Source of the DNA: an uncultured Gammaproteobacteria bacterium
Lineage (GTDB): Bacteria > Pseudomonadota > Gammaproteobacteria > GCA-002705445 > GCA-002716945
Assembly (NCBI GenBank): GCA_913045115.1
Contig: CAJWPJ010000005.1
Location: forward strand, 1 to 54,975
Direction: 5' to 3'
Length of the DNA: 54,975 bases
Part shown: positions 54,422 to 54,975 of the stretch, one piece after another
Numbering within the stretch: position 1 is the stretch's first letter
How the letters are laid out: every line of letters starts with the position of its first letter
The notes under the pieces: model-generated
What the model was told of the DNA's origin: nothing
Database searches by the model: none
The model's input: the letters and a program-made list of their open reading frames with translations, nothing else
Made by a program: the position numbers and the translations under genes

Positions 54422-54907
54422 AGGACAGAAGACTTTTTTTGCTATGTCAATTTGCGATGGATGAAGAGACCATGCTCCATGACACCCAAGAATAAAAGCA
54501 TTCCTAAATTGTATTTCACATCCTTCAGGGTCATCAAAGTCTCCATAAGGGCCAAAAAAGGCCTTTATATTATTTGATGCACAAGCATCTATCATTTTAG
54601 ACAAGGAATAATGCCAAAGGTCCTGTTGAAGAAATTCTCTTTTTGATGTTTTTTCTTCTGAATCAGTCAGAATACCATAATCTGGATGACTTCCCCCAAC
54701 TCTAACTGTTTTCATACCTCTTGATGCAGCAAGATCTGCTGGACCAAGACTAAATCCATGGAGCCTAGGGCTGCATGCAGCTAAAGACTCTACATTCATA
54801 ACTCCTTCTGCTGTCTCAAGAATTATATGAATTTTGATCTGTTTGTTTAATTTATTTTCTGCCTCATTAAGAGCAATTATTCGATCAGCAAATAAAATCT
54901 CTTCTGG
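54400..54907 (-). other. Internal fragment of a CitE-family CoA ester lyase (malyl-CoA lyase-like) in frame with tuf
   Basis: [54 protein letters not shown]; N- and C-terminal parts are missing. Confidence 0.8.
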
Positions 54908-54975
54908 CGCACCCATAAATTTAATACCATCAGCTCCCATTTTTTTCAGATTTTGCACCCTAAGCCTTGCATCTT

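Noticed and set aside
974-54577. Numerous 60-167 aa ORFs antisense to or nested in core genes (for example 32813-33316, 44773-45201, 50070-50483)
   Set aside because: They are shadow frames of well-conserved genes with no recognisable motifs or ribosome-binding sites.
53141-54958. The 605-aa ORF as one genuine lyase-DnaJ-EF-Tu protein
   Set aside because: The upstream parts are domain fragments unlikely to fold, junctions fall on short shared peptides, and it lies at the sequence edge. Annotated as tuf plus fragments pending read evidence.
1-54975. CRISPR arrays, IS elements, prophage or defence genes
   Set aside because: No spaced repeats, transposases or integrases were seen; the largest intergenic gap is about 156 bp and nearly all sequence is assigned to known genes.

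Overview
AT-rich (roughly one-third GC by eye), very compact stretch of a streamlined Gammaproteobacterium. The 25.3-54.3 kb portion is one co-directional minus-strand core cluster: tuf, tRNA-Trp, secE-nusG, rplKAJL, rpoBC, rpsL-rpsG-fusA-rpsJ (no second tuf), then the S10, spc and alpha ribosomal protein blocks. The left half holds housekeeping genes (uvrA; yajR-ssb-miaB-ybeZ-ybeY-corC-lnt-leuS-lptE; holA-proA-nadD-rsfS-yhdP-nitrilase). A ~5.9 kb block interrupts the usual lptE-holA adjacency; it carries a rubrerythrin / Fe-S oxidoreductase / DUF3501 operon next to an Irr-like regulator, with a perfect iron control element over the operon's -10 box and a Fur-box-like site nearby. Other notable points: nadD has no ATG/GTG/TTG and apparently starts at ATT; several operon-leading genes look leaderless; ribosomal protein autoregulatory leader spaces are gone; RpoB has an extra nested module. 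The 605-aa ORF at the right edge is an in-frame mosaic (amidohydrolase-like / malyl-CoA lyase / J-domain / EF-Tu) that is most likely an assembly chimera. I saw no mobile elements, CRISPR arrays or rRNA genes. All calls come from motif recognition and synteny, not database searches, and I cannot claim a wholly new biological system with confidence.
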